A stretch of 64,000 bases of DNA from Eledone cirrhosa (Eukaryota), in contig OZ024745.1 of the NCBI GenBank assembly GCA_964016885.1, positions 131,936,001 to 132,000,000 on the forward strand. The letters are read 5' to 3'. How positions within the stretch are numbered: the first letter of the stretch is position 1; each line of letters starts with the position of its first letter. The notes below the pieces were generated by a model that was not told the DNA's origin, did no database searches, and saw only the letters and a list, made by a program, of their open reading frames with translations. Made by a program: the position numbers and the translations under genes. This document shows positions 14,193 through 27,870 of this stretch, in pieces.

Positions 14193-15226
14193 TATAGTCA
14201 TCTTTTTCTCAACTTCCGCTAACCCATTTTCCTATTTTACTATAAATAGATTTTGTATCATAAAAAGATTTAATTTCCATTTATATATCGCTGTGTGTAT
14301 ATTGTCACTGCACTGATAGAGAATGGAAATTGATGTATGTTTGTGTGTATATATATATAGTTCAGCTCCATCATCCATATATATATATATATATATATTA
14401 AAAAACAACAGAAGGCCGGACTGGAAAATTTGCTCTAGAATGTTAATTCTGTGAAATCACTATAGATATTACAATGGTCCAGCCCCATTATCCAAATATG
14501 AAGGAAGACAGGACGATCTCATCAGGTGTCATCCACAGAATTACATAACAGGTAACACAAATATACAATGGAAAATAGGGAAAAGAAAATTGACAATTGA
14601 AAATTCAATTCAGGGACTTCCTGCAAACATGTTATTATATTGGTATGAGGCAGTCCCTGAATGCCACCTGATGCTAGATTTTGGGGCTGGTAGGTGTGGT
14701 AGAGGAGGCAGGTGTTGTCAAGTGGTGACATACACATCTTTCTTAGAGAATGTCACACCTTAATTATAGTTTTGTGTACACTGCAGCAGATATCTTACGA
14801 TTCTAATCTAATGGTCACTTTTCAGATAAGTCTGTCTATTGTGTATATAAAGGGGATCATAGCTGTTAAGTTTAGAGATAATAATATTGTCTAGTAAAGA
14901 ATAGGGGTTGAAATATGATACTAACAATTATAAGGTTGTAATGTTGTATTAATAACAGTTTCTTTAATGTTGCATTAATAATAAGAAGTCTTATTGAAAA
15001 CAATAAAGTTTACTATAACTTGTTAAATAAAGGCAGTTTATAAAGTATTATTATGAAGTCCAAAGTAAATAGGTTTATGTTAGCGTGGAAAAATGAACGT
15101 AAAACTGTGATGATGATGTTGACCAAGTATATTCTAAAATGAAGGGAGGGGTAAATTGATTAATTTATTAGTCCTCAAACACTCTAGGTCAAAACCAAAG
15201 TCTTAACATGTTACTCAAAGGACTAC

Positions 15227-15281
<55 letters not shown>

Positions 15282-17091
15282 TATATATATATATATATAT
15301 GATAATAAGGGCGCTGCGGAGTTGCAAATGGGTTACATATGAAAAAAGTTTGTCCTTCATCAGCGATCTTCCAACTATCATAGGCATTTCATCGCTTTAA
15401 ATATATATATGCATATATTTATAGATATACATATATGTGTGTATTTGTATAAGCCAACTTATACAGCTTCATATGTAAATGTGGCTAATCAACTCAACTA
15501 CACAGGTGAATAAACTATATTTTTGCCTGTTTCAAATTCTACCTGAAACCAACTCTGGTTCTATGATACAAAACTATTTACTTTAAGTGTTTATATTCAT
15601 CTAAAAACCTTGCAAAAGATTTTAATGTAAGAACCTCAGTTCTGTATGAGCAATACATGGTCACCTGACCTAGCATTGCCCACAACAGGACAACCCATGC
15701 TGGCGTGGAATTGACGTAAAATGATGATGATGATGAACCTTTGTTAAGGTATCTTAGTAATGAGAAATTCCCTGCCAATTTTCTAACATTTTCAAAATGA
15801 TTTGAAAATCATAGGCAGTGTTTTTCATTAGAAATATGGTAATGAAAGGGTTACAACTGTTAATGATCAGTGTCTAGTTTCATGGTATCAAATGAGTGTA
15901 ATAGCTTGTACCTATGTAGGTTCAGCTGACCTCTTACAAGGTTGTATCTCATAGGAAGTTTCTTGGGTGTTTTAATGATAGGGACCCTAATCCTATCATG
16001 AAATGGGATCCTAGTCTATTTAAGGTAATATTCCCAGATGATCTATGTATTTTCAACAATATAGTGAACTGAAGCACACAGTTTAGTAAAATACTCAACA
16101 AAATACATGCTGTACATTATATATAGACTCAACACTTTGTTGTATAATAGGATCAACTTAGAGAGGTGGTGGTGTTAAACCCAGATTATCTTTAATTGAA
16201 CAAATTGAGGATCAAAGGCATTCCAGCTGTGACCATCATATCTATTTTTATATCATGGACTATACAGTCCAGTATGTCCTTTATATAAGATGTTAGGCTA
16301 TGACTTGAAGAAGAGAAACTTGGCTGAACTTTTAATAAGTCAAGCTAATGCTGCTACTGTTGTTGTTGTTGCTGTTGTTGTTGTCTCAGCAGGAACATGA
16401 ACGGAGTCATTCCAGCTGCGTTTTAAGAAAGTAAGACAGTAAATTGGCAGAATCGTTAGATCACTATCATCATTATCAATGTCTGGTTTAACATCATCTT
16501 TATTTATCACAAGCATTGGATGTTTTGGTAGCCTCTTTCAAAGCATCTCTGTTTGTATCAGGGAGAGGTTTTGGTCCAGGTTCCGAGCTTTCAAATCATT
16601 CTTGATTACTCAGGATTTAGATGGGTGCCCCCTTCCCCAAATCAAACAAATCCATCATCATCACCATTTTAAGTCCATTTACCATATCGGTATGGGTTTA
16701 ATAGTATCACAGACCGTGACTAGATGGGTCACGGAATCACATTTTTCTCTTATATTATTGGTTCTGGATCTTTACATTGAGTTCAGTCAACTTTGTCTCC
16801 AAAGTAATGGGTTGGCAGGATTGTTAGAGCATTGGACAAAATGCTTTGCAATATTTGTTTCAGCTCTTTACCTTCTAAGTAAACAAGTAGGAATGTTGAA
16901 CCTGTCTGGCAGGTAAGATGGTGTATTGTAAAATATACCTGAAAAGAAGGCAACATAAAACCATCTTTATATTCTCTGATGAAAATTCTAGAAGGAGCAC
17001 ATAGCACTTGTCAAGGAAGTTACAAATGATTGTCAACAACCTGATTACACAGAAAGAATGAATGGTGAAATATGAGAGAGATTTGGTTGCT

Positions 17092-17340
17092 ATTTTATTT
17101 TATTTGCAGGTTGAGTGAACATGATCGAGTTTGGAACTGCTGCAGGTTGGTATTTGGAAGGAAAACAAGCAGAGAATGAATTCCTGAATTCCAAAAGGAT
17201 GCATTCTTGGAAAGAAAGATTATGGAAAGGAGTGAAAGATGCATGAAGTGATTTTATCCTTAGAATGGATGGTATAGGATTAACACGGCGCTGAGGTGTA
17301 GTTAGACAATTTACAGTGCCAGTCCATTTCTCTTTTGAGT
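17092..17340 (-). mobile_element. CR1/Jockey-group LINE 3' remnant
   Basis: Minus-strand frame ...SKNASFWNS...FLPNTNLQQFQTR resembles the WNSLP..FP....LQ.FK C-terminus of these elements; (TAAAA) tail. Confidence 0.45.
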
Positions 17341-18189
17341 AAACGAATGAATAAATGAATGAATGGATGAATAAATGAACGAGAGGCTGAAAGGACAATA
17401 TCTGTAAAGTGCCTAACTATAAACTATAATATTCTATCACAAAGAGAGTCAGTTAAAGCTTGGATATAAGAGGGTGGGGGAGATGTGAATTTACGTCAAA
17501 GATGGAAAGCAAAACATTAATGAAATAACCGCATAGATATGAAATACTCATAGTATTCACTCTTTTAACATTAATAATAATAATGTTGATATATTCACAT
17601 AAAAAAAACAATGAATGAAATGATAAAAATAAAAACAGTTTTGTGTGGTTTAATGATAGAGTTTTCTTACAACCAAAATGTAATGAGTCAGCAAGGTCAG
17701 ATGTAACAAGTTTGAACAGATAGCATTGTGTTCTGTTGCATGGAGGAAACACAGGGTCACACACATAACTACAACACAATCCTTGCATGAAAACAACTGA
17801 AAGGAATAAATCTTAAAACATGAAAAGAAAATACTTATCAAATGTCTGAGGTTTGGATTAGTCAAGTCATTTAAGCTTCATAACCATAATAATAATGTAT
17901 ATGTAGCAGATCACTTGGTCTTTTACAAAGTGGTGAGGGGATATAGTTAATGTAAAGAATGGTGTGCTCATGTGTGGAGACATTATAAAATAGGGGAAGG
18001 ACCCTTAAATATGGAAAGAAAAGTTAGCATTGACTGTATGAGGAATCAAAGCCCCTGAGAGATATGGGGTTCAATTCCTCATAGCAGCTGATAGCAAGTT
18101 TTTTTTCTGTCTTTAAGGGTCCACCCTAATTTATAAACTACTTTATAACATCTCCATGCATGAGCACAACACTTTTATATCAATAGTAA

Positions 18190-18356
18190 TAATTGTTTCT
18201 ACTTTTGGCACATTACTGGTACTTTATTTTATTGACCCTGTAAGGAAGAAAGGCAAAGTTAACCTTGGCGGGATTTGAACTCAGTCCGTAAAGGGACTTA
18301 ACTGTGCTGCAAAGCATGGCATCCAACTCTCTACCAATACGGTCAATCCACCAACC
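18190..18356 (-). mobile_element. Nin/Deu-like tRNA SINE copy
   Basis: Homologous to 12426-12644. Confidence 0.75.
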
Positions 18357-18432
18357 AAGTAATAATAATGCTAGGATATATATTGATGAAGTCATAAAAT
18401 GATGAGAGGCTGAAAGCATCTCTTATCAATAT

Positions 18433-19145
18433 AGTGTTAGTGTGTTAGTGTTGGTGTTGGTGTTGGTGTGTGTTGGTGTGTGTGTGTGTTGGTGTGTGTG
18501 TGTGTTGGTGTGTGTGTTGGTGTGTGTTGGTGTTGGTGTGTGTGTGTTAGTGTTAGTGTGTTAGTGTTGGTGTTAGTGTGTGTGTGTGTTAGTGTGTTAG
18601 TGTTGGTGTTAGTGTTGGTGTTAGTGTGTGTGTGTGGGTGTTAGTGTTGGTGTTAGTGTGTGTGTGTGAGTGTTAGTGTTGGTTTTAGTGTTAGTGTTAA
18701 TGTGTTAGTGTGTTAGTGTTGGTGTTAGTGTGTGTGTGTGTGTGAGTGTTAGTGTGTTAGTATTGGTGTTAGTGTGTGTGTGTGAGTGTTAGTGTGTGTG
18801 TGTGAGTGTTAGTGTGTGTGAGTGTTAGTGTGTTAGTGTTAATGTGTTAGTGTGAGTGTTAATGTGTTAGTGTTAGTGTTAGTGTTAGTGTGTGTATGTG
18901 TGAGTGTTAGTGTTGGTGTTAGTGTGTGTGTGTTAGTGTTAGTGTGTTAGTGTTGGTGTTAGTGTGTGTGTGAGTGTTAGTGTGTTAGTGTGTGTGTGTG
19001 AGTGCTAATGTGTTAGTGTGAGTGTTAATGTGTTAGTGTAATGTGTTAGTGTTAGAGTGTGTTAGTGTGTGTGTGTTAGTGTTAGTGTTAATGTGTTAGT
19101 GTGTGTATGTGTGTTAGTGTGTATGTGTGTTAGTGTGTGGTTAGT
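18433..19145. repeat. (GTTAGT/GT)n degenerate microsatellite
   Basis: Visible low complexity. Confidence 0.9.
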
Positions 19146-19879
19146 ACTATTAGAGTACTATAAGAGTAATATGCTAAGTAAGATGATTTTTTTCATTAAA
19201 TGTCATTGTGTTAGTACTTAGCTCTGGCTAGCTTCATTAAACAGATAAACCAGAAATCTCATGCTCCACTTAGAAAAAAATATGTTGCCTTATCTTGTGT
19301 AATATTTATAATCTGGCACCGAGTTGCAGCAACAATAGAAATGGAAGCATATTGAATTAAAGGAACCATTCAAAATAAACAATGCAATAACAAGCCAGTT
19401 AGGGAGCTTCTGCATAGTCACTTGTATTACTAGAAACAACAGTAAAATTCCCCCATACCTTGCTCATAGGTGAAATGTTTTTACAATAGTTCTGTTGAAT
19501 CACTGACTCAAGTATAACAACAATGAAAAGACTGAAATAGTTTTGAACTGAACTAATAACTTATAACTACTTAACTATGTTATTCCTGTTACAAGTAATA
19601 TATTTAGGATTTAGTCAACTAAACTCCTATTACAATTGTTCTTATGTCAACTGAAGAAATCAGCATTTATATATGGCAGGACATGGGGCATATTTCATTG
19701 AATTTGTTTTATATATAATGGTCTTGATTTTGAGTAATGCTATCGCTTGATACTTAAGCATGAGCAGAACAGGCGTAGCTTTTTAGTTCTGCTAGGAAGT
19801 TTCATATTCTTGCGCCGACGTAGAATGATGGGGGCCTCTAGCAGTAGGTGCTACGGTGTTGTTTTCACACTGTAATGTG

Positions 19880-20082
19880 GCCGTGTAGGTAACACGGTAA
19901 AAAGCTTCCAGTCCACACTGTAAATGTGGTTGGTGTTAGGAAGGGCATCCAGCTGTAGAAAACCTGTCAGACAGTCCTATACGAGCGAGACACGGTCACC
20001 CGGCCAATCTTGCCTCGAGTGGGACAATTCCCGTCTAACCCATGCTAGCATAGAAGATAGATGTTAAAACGATGATGATGAT
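19880..20082 (+). mobile_element. SINE with RTE-type 3' stem-loop and (GAT)n tail
   Basis: CCACACTGTAAATGTGGTTGGTGTTAGGAAGGGCATCCAG...CTAACCCATGCTAGCATAGAAG...GATGATGAT. Related copies at 22572-22763 (+), 25231-25405 (-), 53790-53970 (+) and 63652-63843 (+). Confidence 0.75.
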
Positions 20083-20121
20083 ATATGTATAACGTTTTTT
20101 GAAATATCCACTTCTGCGTTT

Positions 20122-20197
20122 ACAGATTGACTTTGTTAGTTTCAGAAGATCCCGTTAAGGGTGAAAGCAGCGATTCTTTGCTTAAACTTTAATCTGT
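20122..20197 (+). ncRNA. Type I hammerhead ribozyme fold (core variant CAGAAGA)
   Basis: Stem I AGTTT/AAACT plus distal ACAGATT/AATCTGT; core CAGAAGA (20143-20149); stem II CCC-GTTAA-GGG; GAAA; stem III AGCAG/TTGCT with a 7-nt loop; cleavage triplet CUU. Confidence 0.65.
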
Positions 20198-21079
20198 TAT
20201 TTTAATAAATATTTGCTCTACGGTTCTTATATATTTGATATATATTTATCCTTATCGAGCCCTCTTTGGATTTTAGTCTTCAAATTTATTATTATTACTA
20301 TATATATATATATATTTTGTCTTGGATTGTGATGACCCATCTAATTCATGCAAGAATGGAAAATGGATGAAAAATTATGATATATATATCCTCATCATTT
20401 TACATCTGCTTTACATGTGAGTATGGGTTGGACATTCTCATCACCATTTGTCCCAGTAGTTTAAATGTGTGTGTGTACACCCTGTGTTAGAGCTATGGAA
20501 TAGGTCAAGCTAGTGGTTGATATGCTGTCACTGTACTATGCCTAAGGTCTGTGGCCAAGATATTTGATATTTGACTCTAAATGGTTTATGGTTTAACCTT
20601 TTCATGACTGCATTTCTAATGAAATACACTCTACTTTAATTTTATAATGAAGAATGTTGAGAGATTTACTAACATTATCGTTTATTTCATTAGTAAGATA
20701 GTAACTTAATGTAAGGTTGTTATATAAAATTATGTTGGAAGAGTTTAATTTTAATTTAAATTGGAAACCTTTAAAATGGGTGGTTTTATTTCATAGAACC
20801 TGAGCTGGTTTTGGCTGGGATGGTAAGCAAAGGCAGAATTGCACATTTGAGGAAGGTTTTGTTAACCTGCAGAGCTGAGTTCAGCTCTTTCTGTATGTGT
20901 GGCCTCTTTAACTCCTTATGTATGTATCTGTATATACACAAGTGCAACAATGGTTCTATCTATTGTTTCAACAACCTCAAACAGGAAAACAAAAGAATAT
21001 TCTGCCAAATTTTCTCTATATATTTATCTGTCTGAGTATTTCCCTCTCTTACTCATATAAACTCACATACATATTTAGA

Positions 21080-21320
21080 ATTATGTATTGCTAGACAGTT
21101 TTTATGGGGAAAAGCAACCAGCAGGAGACCCAGGGATTGACCCTGAGCAAAAATATTTGGATAACATCCATGAACTTCGCTGGTCTTGCTTAGGGATCCA
21201 GCCAGATGAGTTGGAGACGGTTGCTTCTGACAGAGCTCGCTGGAGTGTTTTGAGGATTCTGCCCCCAATGAACCACTGCAGAAATAAGAGGGCAAAGAAG
21301 AAGAAGAGAGGAAGAGAAGA
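21080..21320 (+). mobile_element. RTE LINE 3' fragment
   Basis: Homologous to 6050-6369 (YLDNIHELRWSCLGIQ); GAA-rich tail. Confidence 0.75.
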
Positions 21321-21938
21321 AGTATTGCATTACACAATTTTCTACTGATTGTGGTTGACTTTAACCAGCTAAAACTGTATGATTCTGCTACATTTTCCAT
21401 CAGGTTTTCTTCAATTGGCCAATGTTATGTCAGATATAGTGTGATCAATCTATCAGGAAACCTGAAATATTTATTACTGAAACATTTCCCCACTTCTCCT
21501 TCAATAAATTATTGAATTTCTTCCCACTAATAATAGTATGAAATTATCATGAGATGATACTTCACATACTCTTTATACATTGATACACATCATATTCACA
21601 GACTATATGCCTACACACCCACGTGTGTGTGTGTGTGTGTGGGGGGGGGGGTAGATAGATGGATATACTGATATACCAAGATATAAACTCATATAAAAAC
21701 AGGTAAAACATGCATGCTCATTCATACAAATATGTATATATATATAAACATATTTGTATATATATTTGTGTCTCATCATCATCATATACTTATCTCTCTC
21801 TCTCTCTGGACCGGGCGATACGTTATGTCACGTTGCCCCTTCTACCTGGAGTTGCGACCGATAGATAGTACTAGCAACTGGAAAGACCGATGAAAACATT
21901 GTTTCCTCGGTCCGATTTGACGAAAGTCGGTCGATCCT

Positions 21939-21980
<42 letters not shown>

Positions 21981-22762
21981 GTTTGTATATATATTTGTGT
22001 CTATATATATATATATATGTATATATTTGTGTCTATATAAATATGTTTATATATATATAGACACAAATATGTATATATATATATATATATAATTATATAT
22101 ATATATATACAAAGATATACATACACACACACAAAAACATATTCAGATACAAGAATACAAAAAAACAAAAGCATGAACATATGGATAAATATGCACACAC
22201 ACACATGCATAAATCCATTGCAAAAGACAACTTATGTATACACACAGAATTTGTCAGCAGTGGTCTTTGGTCTGTTCTTTGATCTCTGGAAAAACTAGCA
22301 ATAAATTCACTTTCTCAAAGACACAGAAGCCACAAATCTAGATCTCCCAAATAACACAACATTCTTTATTTTCTCTTTGAAAGCAACAAGTATTGGCTGA
22401 AGAGATGGCAGAGGCTGAAGGACATAAGACATGTAAGATACTGGACAAGAATCTCAGAGAGTTGGCTTCCAGTCTGTACTGCGGAGAGTGCTCGGTTTCT
22501 GGGTTGCCGCTGCATGAAGGGTTTGGTGCAGCCAACTAACCTGTCCCTCCTCAGAGTGGAGCCATCCAGTACCACACTGTAAACATGGTTGGTGTTAGGA
22601 AGGGCATCAAGCTGTAAAATACCCAGCCAAATTTATAGTCCTCACCAGAGCAAGGTGTGACCCATGGCCAGCCCTGGCCAGAGTTGCCTCCAGGCGTGGA
22701 TGACCAGTCTAACCCATGCAAATGTGGGAAATTGACATTAAAGGGAAATGATGATGATGATG

Positions 22763-22809
<47 letters not shown>

Positions 22810-22960
22810 AGAAAGAGAGAGAATCCTGGGTTTAATCAGAGGTAACCACAGTTAGTAAGGTATTCAATACATTAGTAGAGTGTAAACATCAAGTTTAATA
22901 TAGCTTCCTTGATGATCTCTTTTGAATGAAACAATTCTAGTCCTGTAGAAGCTATTTCTG

Positions 22961-22999
<39 letters not shown>

Positions 23000-23749
23000 A
23001 CACCCATACACAGAACTGGGCTCCAAATATGGTTGTCTAGTTAACAAGTTCAGTTTGTAATTACATTGTTTTACAACTAATGCCACTAAATGGCAGCTTG
23101 GCCAATTGTTATCAACCAAATAATAGGAGAAGTTGGCATAAGTGAGTGGGGGATCGATAATTTTTCGAGGTTGTCTCCCTTGATGTTTTCAAAAACCAGA
23201 ATTAGTAATTTAGTTTACATATTGAGACCCCAACCCATCCTATTTATTTTATAACATATGGGGTTTCTAGTAATGTACTTTATTGTCATGTATAATGTTT
23301 TTTAATGTCTAAAGAAAATGAATTGTCGAAAGAATGCTAACACTTAAAATAAAATTTTACAGGAGATAGATTAGCAAAATTTAATAAGCAGGGAGGCACA
23401 CAATTATTCGAAACCTGAGAGTTCAAGCATAGAAAAATATAGTGGCTTTTTCATGCTGGAATGAATTATTGGGGAGATTTTCTTGAGGTAGTTATTTTAC
23501 AGCCAGATATATTCCTAATGCTAACCCATAGATATATTTTCAAATATGGTATACACTACTTATCATCATCAAATCAGTTGGGTGTGAGACATGTTGTTTA
23601 TGCAAGACATAAAGAAACATGACTGCTTGCTTTAAATGTTATCGATATGAAGACACATGAAGGCAGCAACACATGTGCACACTCACACACACATACTACA
23701 ATGGCAAATCTCAGTTTCCATTTACAAAATTCACTCAAACTTCTTCAGG

Positions 23750-24236
23750 ACTCAGTAATCAGAAGAAGGGAGGTAGGTGTAAAAGTCAAACATGCTATCT
23801 TCAATTTGTATTCATGCCAAACCTTACCTATGGTCATAAATCTTGTATAATGACTGAAAGAATACGATCACAAATACAAGCGGCCGAAATGGGGTTCCTC
23901 TGAAGTGTCTTGGAGTAACGTTACTTAACAGAGCTCAGAGATGAGAGAATCACTCCAGGTAGAACTGCTACTTCTCCGAATTGCGAGACCACAGCTCTGA
24001 TACTATGGACATGTTGTTAGAATGTCTCAGGAAAGATTTTATGGACAGATTTTATGGACAAAACCAACTGACAGGAGACCCAGGGGTAGACCCTGAGCAA
24101 GATGGTTGGATAACATCCATGAGCTTGGCTGGTCATGCTGGATCAGTTGGAGATGGTTGCTTCTGACAGGAGCCACTGCAAAGAGTATTTGAGAACTCTG
24201 CCACCACAACCCTCTCAAGAATAAGTGGATAAAGAA
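23750..24236 (+). mobile_element. RTE LINE 3' fragment
   Basis: PNLTYGHKSCIMTERIRSQIQAAEMGFL...YYGHVVRM is an RTE post-RT region. Confidence 0.8.
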
Positions 24237-24361
24237 GTCCCAAAATGCTTTGGTTCATCTGAGGCTACATTAGAAAACACTTGACCAAGGTGCCACATGG
24301 AAGGAGAGGACCTGAAACCATATGGTTGAGAAGCAAACTTCTTATCAGGATTTGTGAGGTG

Positions 24362-24398
<37 letters not shown>

Positions 24399-24400
<2 letters not shown>

Positions 24401-24490
24401 CAAAGGAGTTGTGGTAAGGAACCAGATGGACCATAACACACCAGAGTACTCAACGGCTTGAGCTCTGCCGTCGGGGGTCATACATTTTCC

Positions 24491-24492
<2 letters not shown>
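24399..24492. mobile_element. Deleted copy of the foldback element at 29878
   Basis: Matches 29878-29932 joined directly to 30033-30071; flanked by (TA)n. Confidence 0.8.
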
Positions 24493-24526
<34 letters not shown>

Positions 24527-25479
24527 TATTTCATTTTCTCTGTATACTCACAATATGAAAATATGTTTATTAATAATTTATTTCTAATTCTATTGATATT
24601 AAAATTTCAATAACATAAACAAAATTTAATATTTTCACATATAGATTGTTATTAAATTATAATAAGTTTAAATATCAATTTGTCTAGAATTGTTATCTTT
24701 GTATCTAGGATTAATACTAGTGGTATTCCCTACATTCTTTACAAATATTCTGGATATTCTCCATACAAATAACACTTGTTAATTCTATTTTGAAGTCTAT
24801 ATTTATTATATGTTTTATTATATCCATATATAATCTCCAATATCATATTTATTTATTACCTCTTAATTCATTTTTAATATTACTAATACAGTAGATATTC
24901 AACAGATGTTTTAACTTTCACATCACATTCTTTCTCTTAGGCAAACATTGTTGTCATTTAAAACTTAGCTTTTGTTTTTAAACGGTTATTAATAGAAGTA
25001 CGTTATTTTTCATACATCATATCATTGCTTTGATATGAGGAGAACTTTTCACTGACATTGGTACTTTAAATATTTTATAAATACTCTGATGACACAAGAA
25101 TGAGCATAATTGATATTTAATATCTAATCCTCACATTACATAATATCTAACTGGCCAGATTATGATATAAATACACCTATATATGAATAAAAGAGCTTCA
25201 GCTAACTTTTCACTATTTTTATTTATATATATCATCATCATCACCTCTTTACGTCCGTTCTTCCACGCTAGCATGGGTTAGACGGGTTGTCCTATTGTGG
25301 GCAGTGTCCGGTCGGCTGACTTTGTCTTGCTCATACGGGAACTGATTCTGGCTTGATTTCTACAGCTGGATGCCCTTCCTAACACCAACCTCATTTACAG
25401 TGAGTGCTGCGTGCTTTTTTGCCGTGGCACCTCCACAACCACTTTGCAGTGGAATGATAGGGACCCCAGTCCCTATCAT

Positions 25480-25628
25480 CTCATTTTTACAGCTGAGTAA
25501 ACTGGAGCAATGTGAAATAAAGTGTCTTGCTCAAGGAAACAACATATTACCTGGTCCGAGAATTGAACTCACAACCTTTCGATTGCAAACCCAATGCTCT
25601 AACCACTAAGACATGCGTATAAGTGTGC

Positions 25629-25688
<60 letters not shown>

Positions 25689-25955
25689 ATACAAACAGAC
25701 AAACATATGTACATATATTATCAAGAGTCAGGACCCGACAGCTGAGCTCTTGCTGTTTCAACAACTAGTTCCAGAAATTCTCAGGGTTAAACCCATAGCT
25801 ATTACTGGTACTCCTTTTCAGCTGGGTATAGTGTAGCAAGGTGAAATGAAGTATTTTGCTGAAGAACACAACACACAAGCCAGCCGAGCCGAGGAATGGA
25901 ACCTACGACATTACGATCGTCTGTGGAACACCCTTACCACTAAGCCACGCGGCTG
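25480..25955 (-). mobile_element. Two partial tRNA-derived SINEs (MetaSINE-like), ~25480-25618 and ~25785-25955
   Basis: Reverse-complement homology to the 5' half of 58971-59258. Confidence 0.65.
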
Positions 25956-26788
25956 CTATGATATAGAAATGATCATGTTAGTATAGATTAGAGTTGAAAT
26001 ACAGCTACATCACAAATACAATGAGGAATAGCAGAAACATGTGTGTATGTGTGTATGTGTGTATGGAGGTGTGTGTGTTTATGTGTGTATGGAGGTATGT
26101 GTGTTTATGTGTGTGTATGGAGGTGTGTGTTTATGTGTGTGTGTGTATATGGAGGTATGTGTGTGTATATGGAGGTATGTGTGTTTATGTGTATGGAGGT
26201 ATGTGTGTTTGTGTGTAAGGAGGTATGTGTGTTTATGTGTATATGGAGGTATGTGTGGAGGTGTGTGTGTGTATGGTGGTGTGTGTGTGTGTATGGAGGT
26301 GTGTGTGTGTACAGGTTTCTGCTTTGTTTTAACATTTCACTTTGAATACTCGAAACAACCAATTGCGATATGTTCACACACACAAATGTACCACATCACA
26401 CTACACACACACACACACTTGTATTACACACACACACACACTTGTATCACACACACAGACACACACACACTTGTACTACAGAGGCATCCACGTATTGATA
26501 GTTGCTCATGATATTGACATGCAGAGCTCTCTCACATACACAAACATACAACCACATGTACATATACAAACATACAACCACATGTACATATACAAACATA
26601 CAACCACATGTACATGTGTAGATTACATTACACACGTACACACTGACAGACACACTTTCAAACACAACCACACATGCGTACACAAACACACGTACATACA
26701 CATGCATAGAAGGCTAGACATACAAACAGACTATCAAACAGGTACAATTTGTAACCACATATACAATTATTTACGTAGTTACACACAA

Positions 26789-26850
<62 letters not shown>

Positions 26851-27602
26851 TGTATAAATACACTAAGTATATTACCACACAATTAGCTACATATACAATT
26901 ACGTGTAATTAAACGTACACACACGCATGTATACACACAATCACATAATTAGGTATAGTTATTGTAAAACAGGGCAAAGTTGATAAGGAGTTATTTTAAC
27001 TAAAAAGACATGAAGTGACAATCGTTCATAATGGTTAGAGAAGTAAATTAGAGGCTGTTGCTCCCAGTCACTGTGAAAGATCGGGGACTACATGGAGTCA
27101 CAAACTGGGAGAAGGAACTCTAATTCCCTTTACAACTAACATTTCAAAATTCAGGGGTGGGGTTTAGATCAGATTTAACAAGGTGGATACACAGTTGTGA
27201 TGTTTATACTTTCCCAAGGTCACTGATTTGGTCGGAAACTGAAACATTAGCATCATAGAGAGAGAGAAGAAGGAATGGGAAGTTGTAGCATTCATCGTTT
27301 CCTCAGTGGTCTTGTTATTTTTTATTTTACATAAATTTTTTCAGATTTAATATGAGGGATGGGGGGTTATACTTTCCCAATTATATCTGAGATAAGTTCC
27401 TCTTTGCACCAGTCATCCCCCGAGACCTCAGGTGTCCTCGGACTACCAAGCTCCTCTACAAAATCAGAACCTCAGCAGCCAGTCTAACTAAAGAACCCTT
27501 TCCTCTTTTTCTCATTACTTTTGCTTTTAACTTTCTTTTTCATATTTCTGTAATCATCAATGGTTTTTAAGCCAACTTTGTGAATAAAATAAAGTAGCCA
27601 TC

Positions 27603-27870
27603 CACGTATTGATAGTTGCTCATGATATTGACATGCAGAGCTCTCACACATAATGATTTCTAGTATAGGCACAAGGCCAGTAATTTTGGGGGAGGGGAAA
27701 GTCGATTAAATCGACCCCAGTACATTTCTAGTGCTTTATTTCATCAACCCCGTAAGGATGAAAGGCAAAGTTAACGTCAGCGGGATTTGAACTCAGAACG
27801 TAAAGGGCCATATCTCTATGCCTCAAAGCATGTTATCCGGCGCTCTACCGATACTGCCAATCCACCGCCC
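27603..27870 (-). mobile_element. Nin/Deu-like SINE with 13-bp TSD and captured local sequence
   Basis: TAAAGTAGCCATC occurs at 27590-27602 and 27871-27883; SINE body 27653-27870. Confidence 0.85.

Noticed and set aside
15310-15366. Other CTGANGA hits (15357 minus, 1088, 51165, 53728, 21887)
   Set aside because: I could not complete stem II, GAAA, NUH and stem I together; at most very decayed.
18433-19145. TTAGTG runs resembling telomeric repeats
   Set aside because: No TTAGGG/TTAGG array; irregular derivative of a GT microsatellite.
26485-26538. Minus-frame NYQYVDA resembling MOGS LQYVDA
   Set aside because: No splice sites or further similarity; flanked by CA microsatellite.
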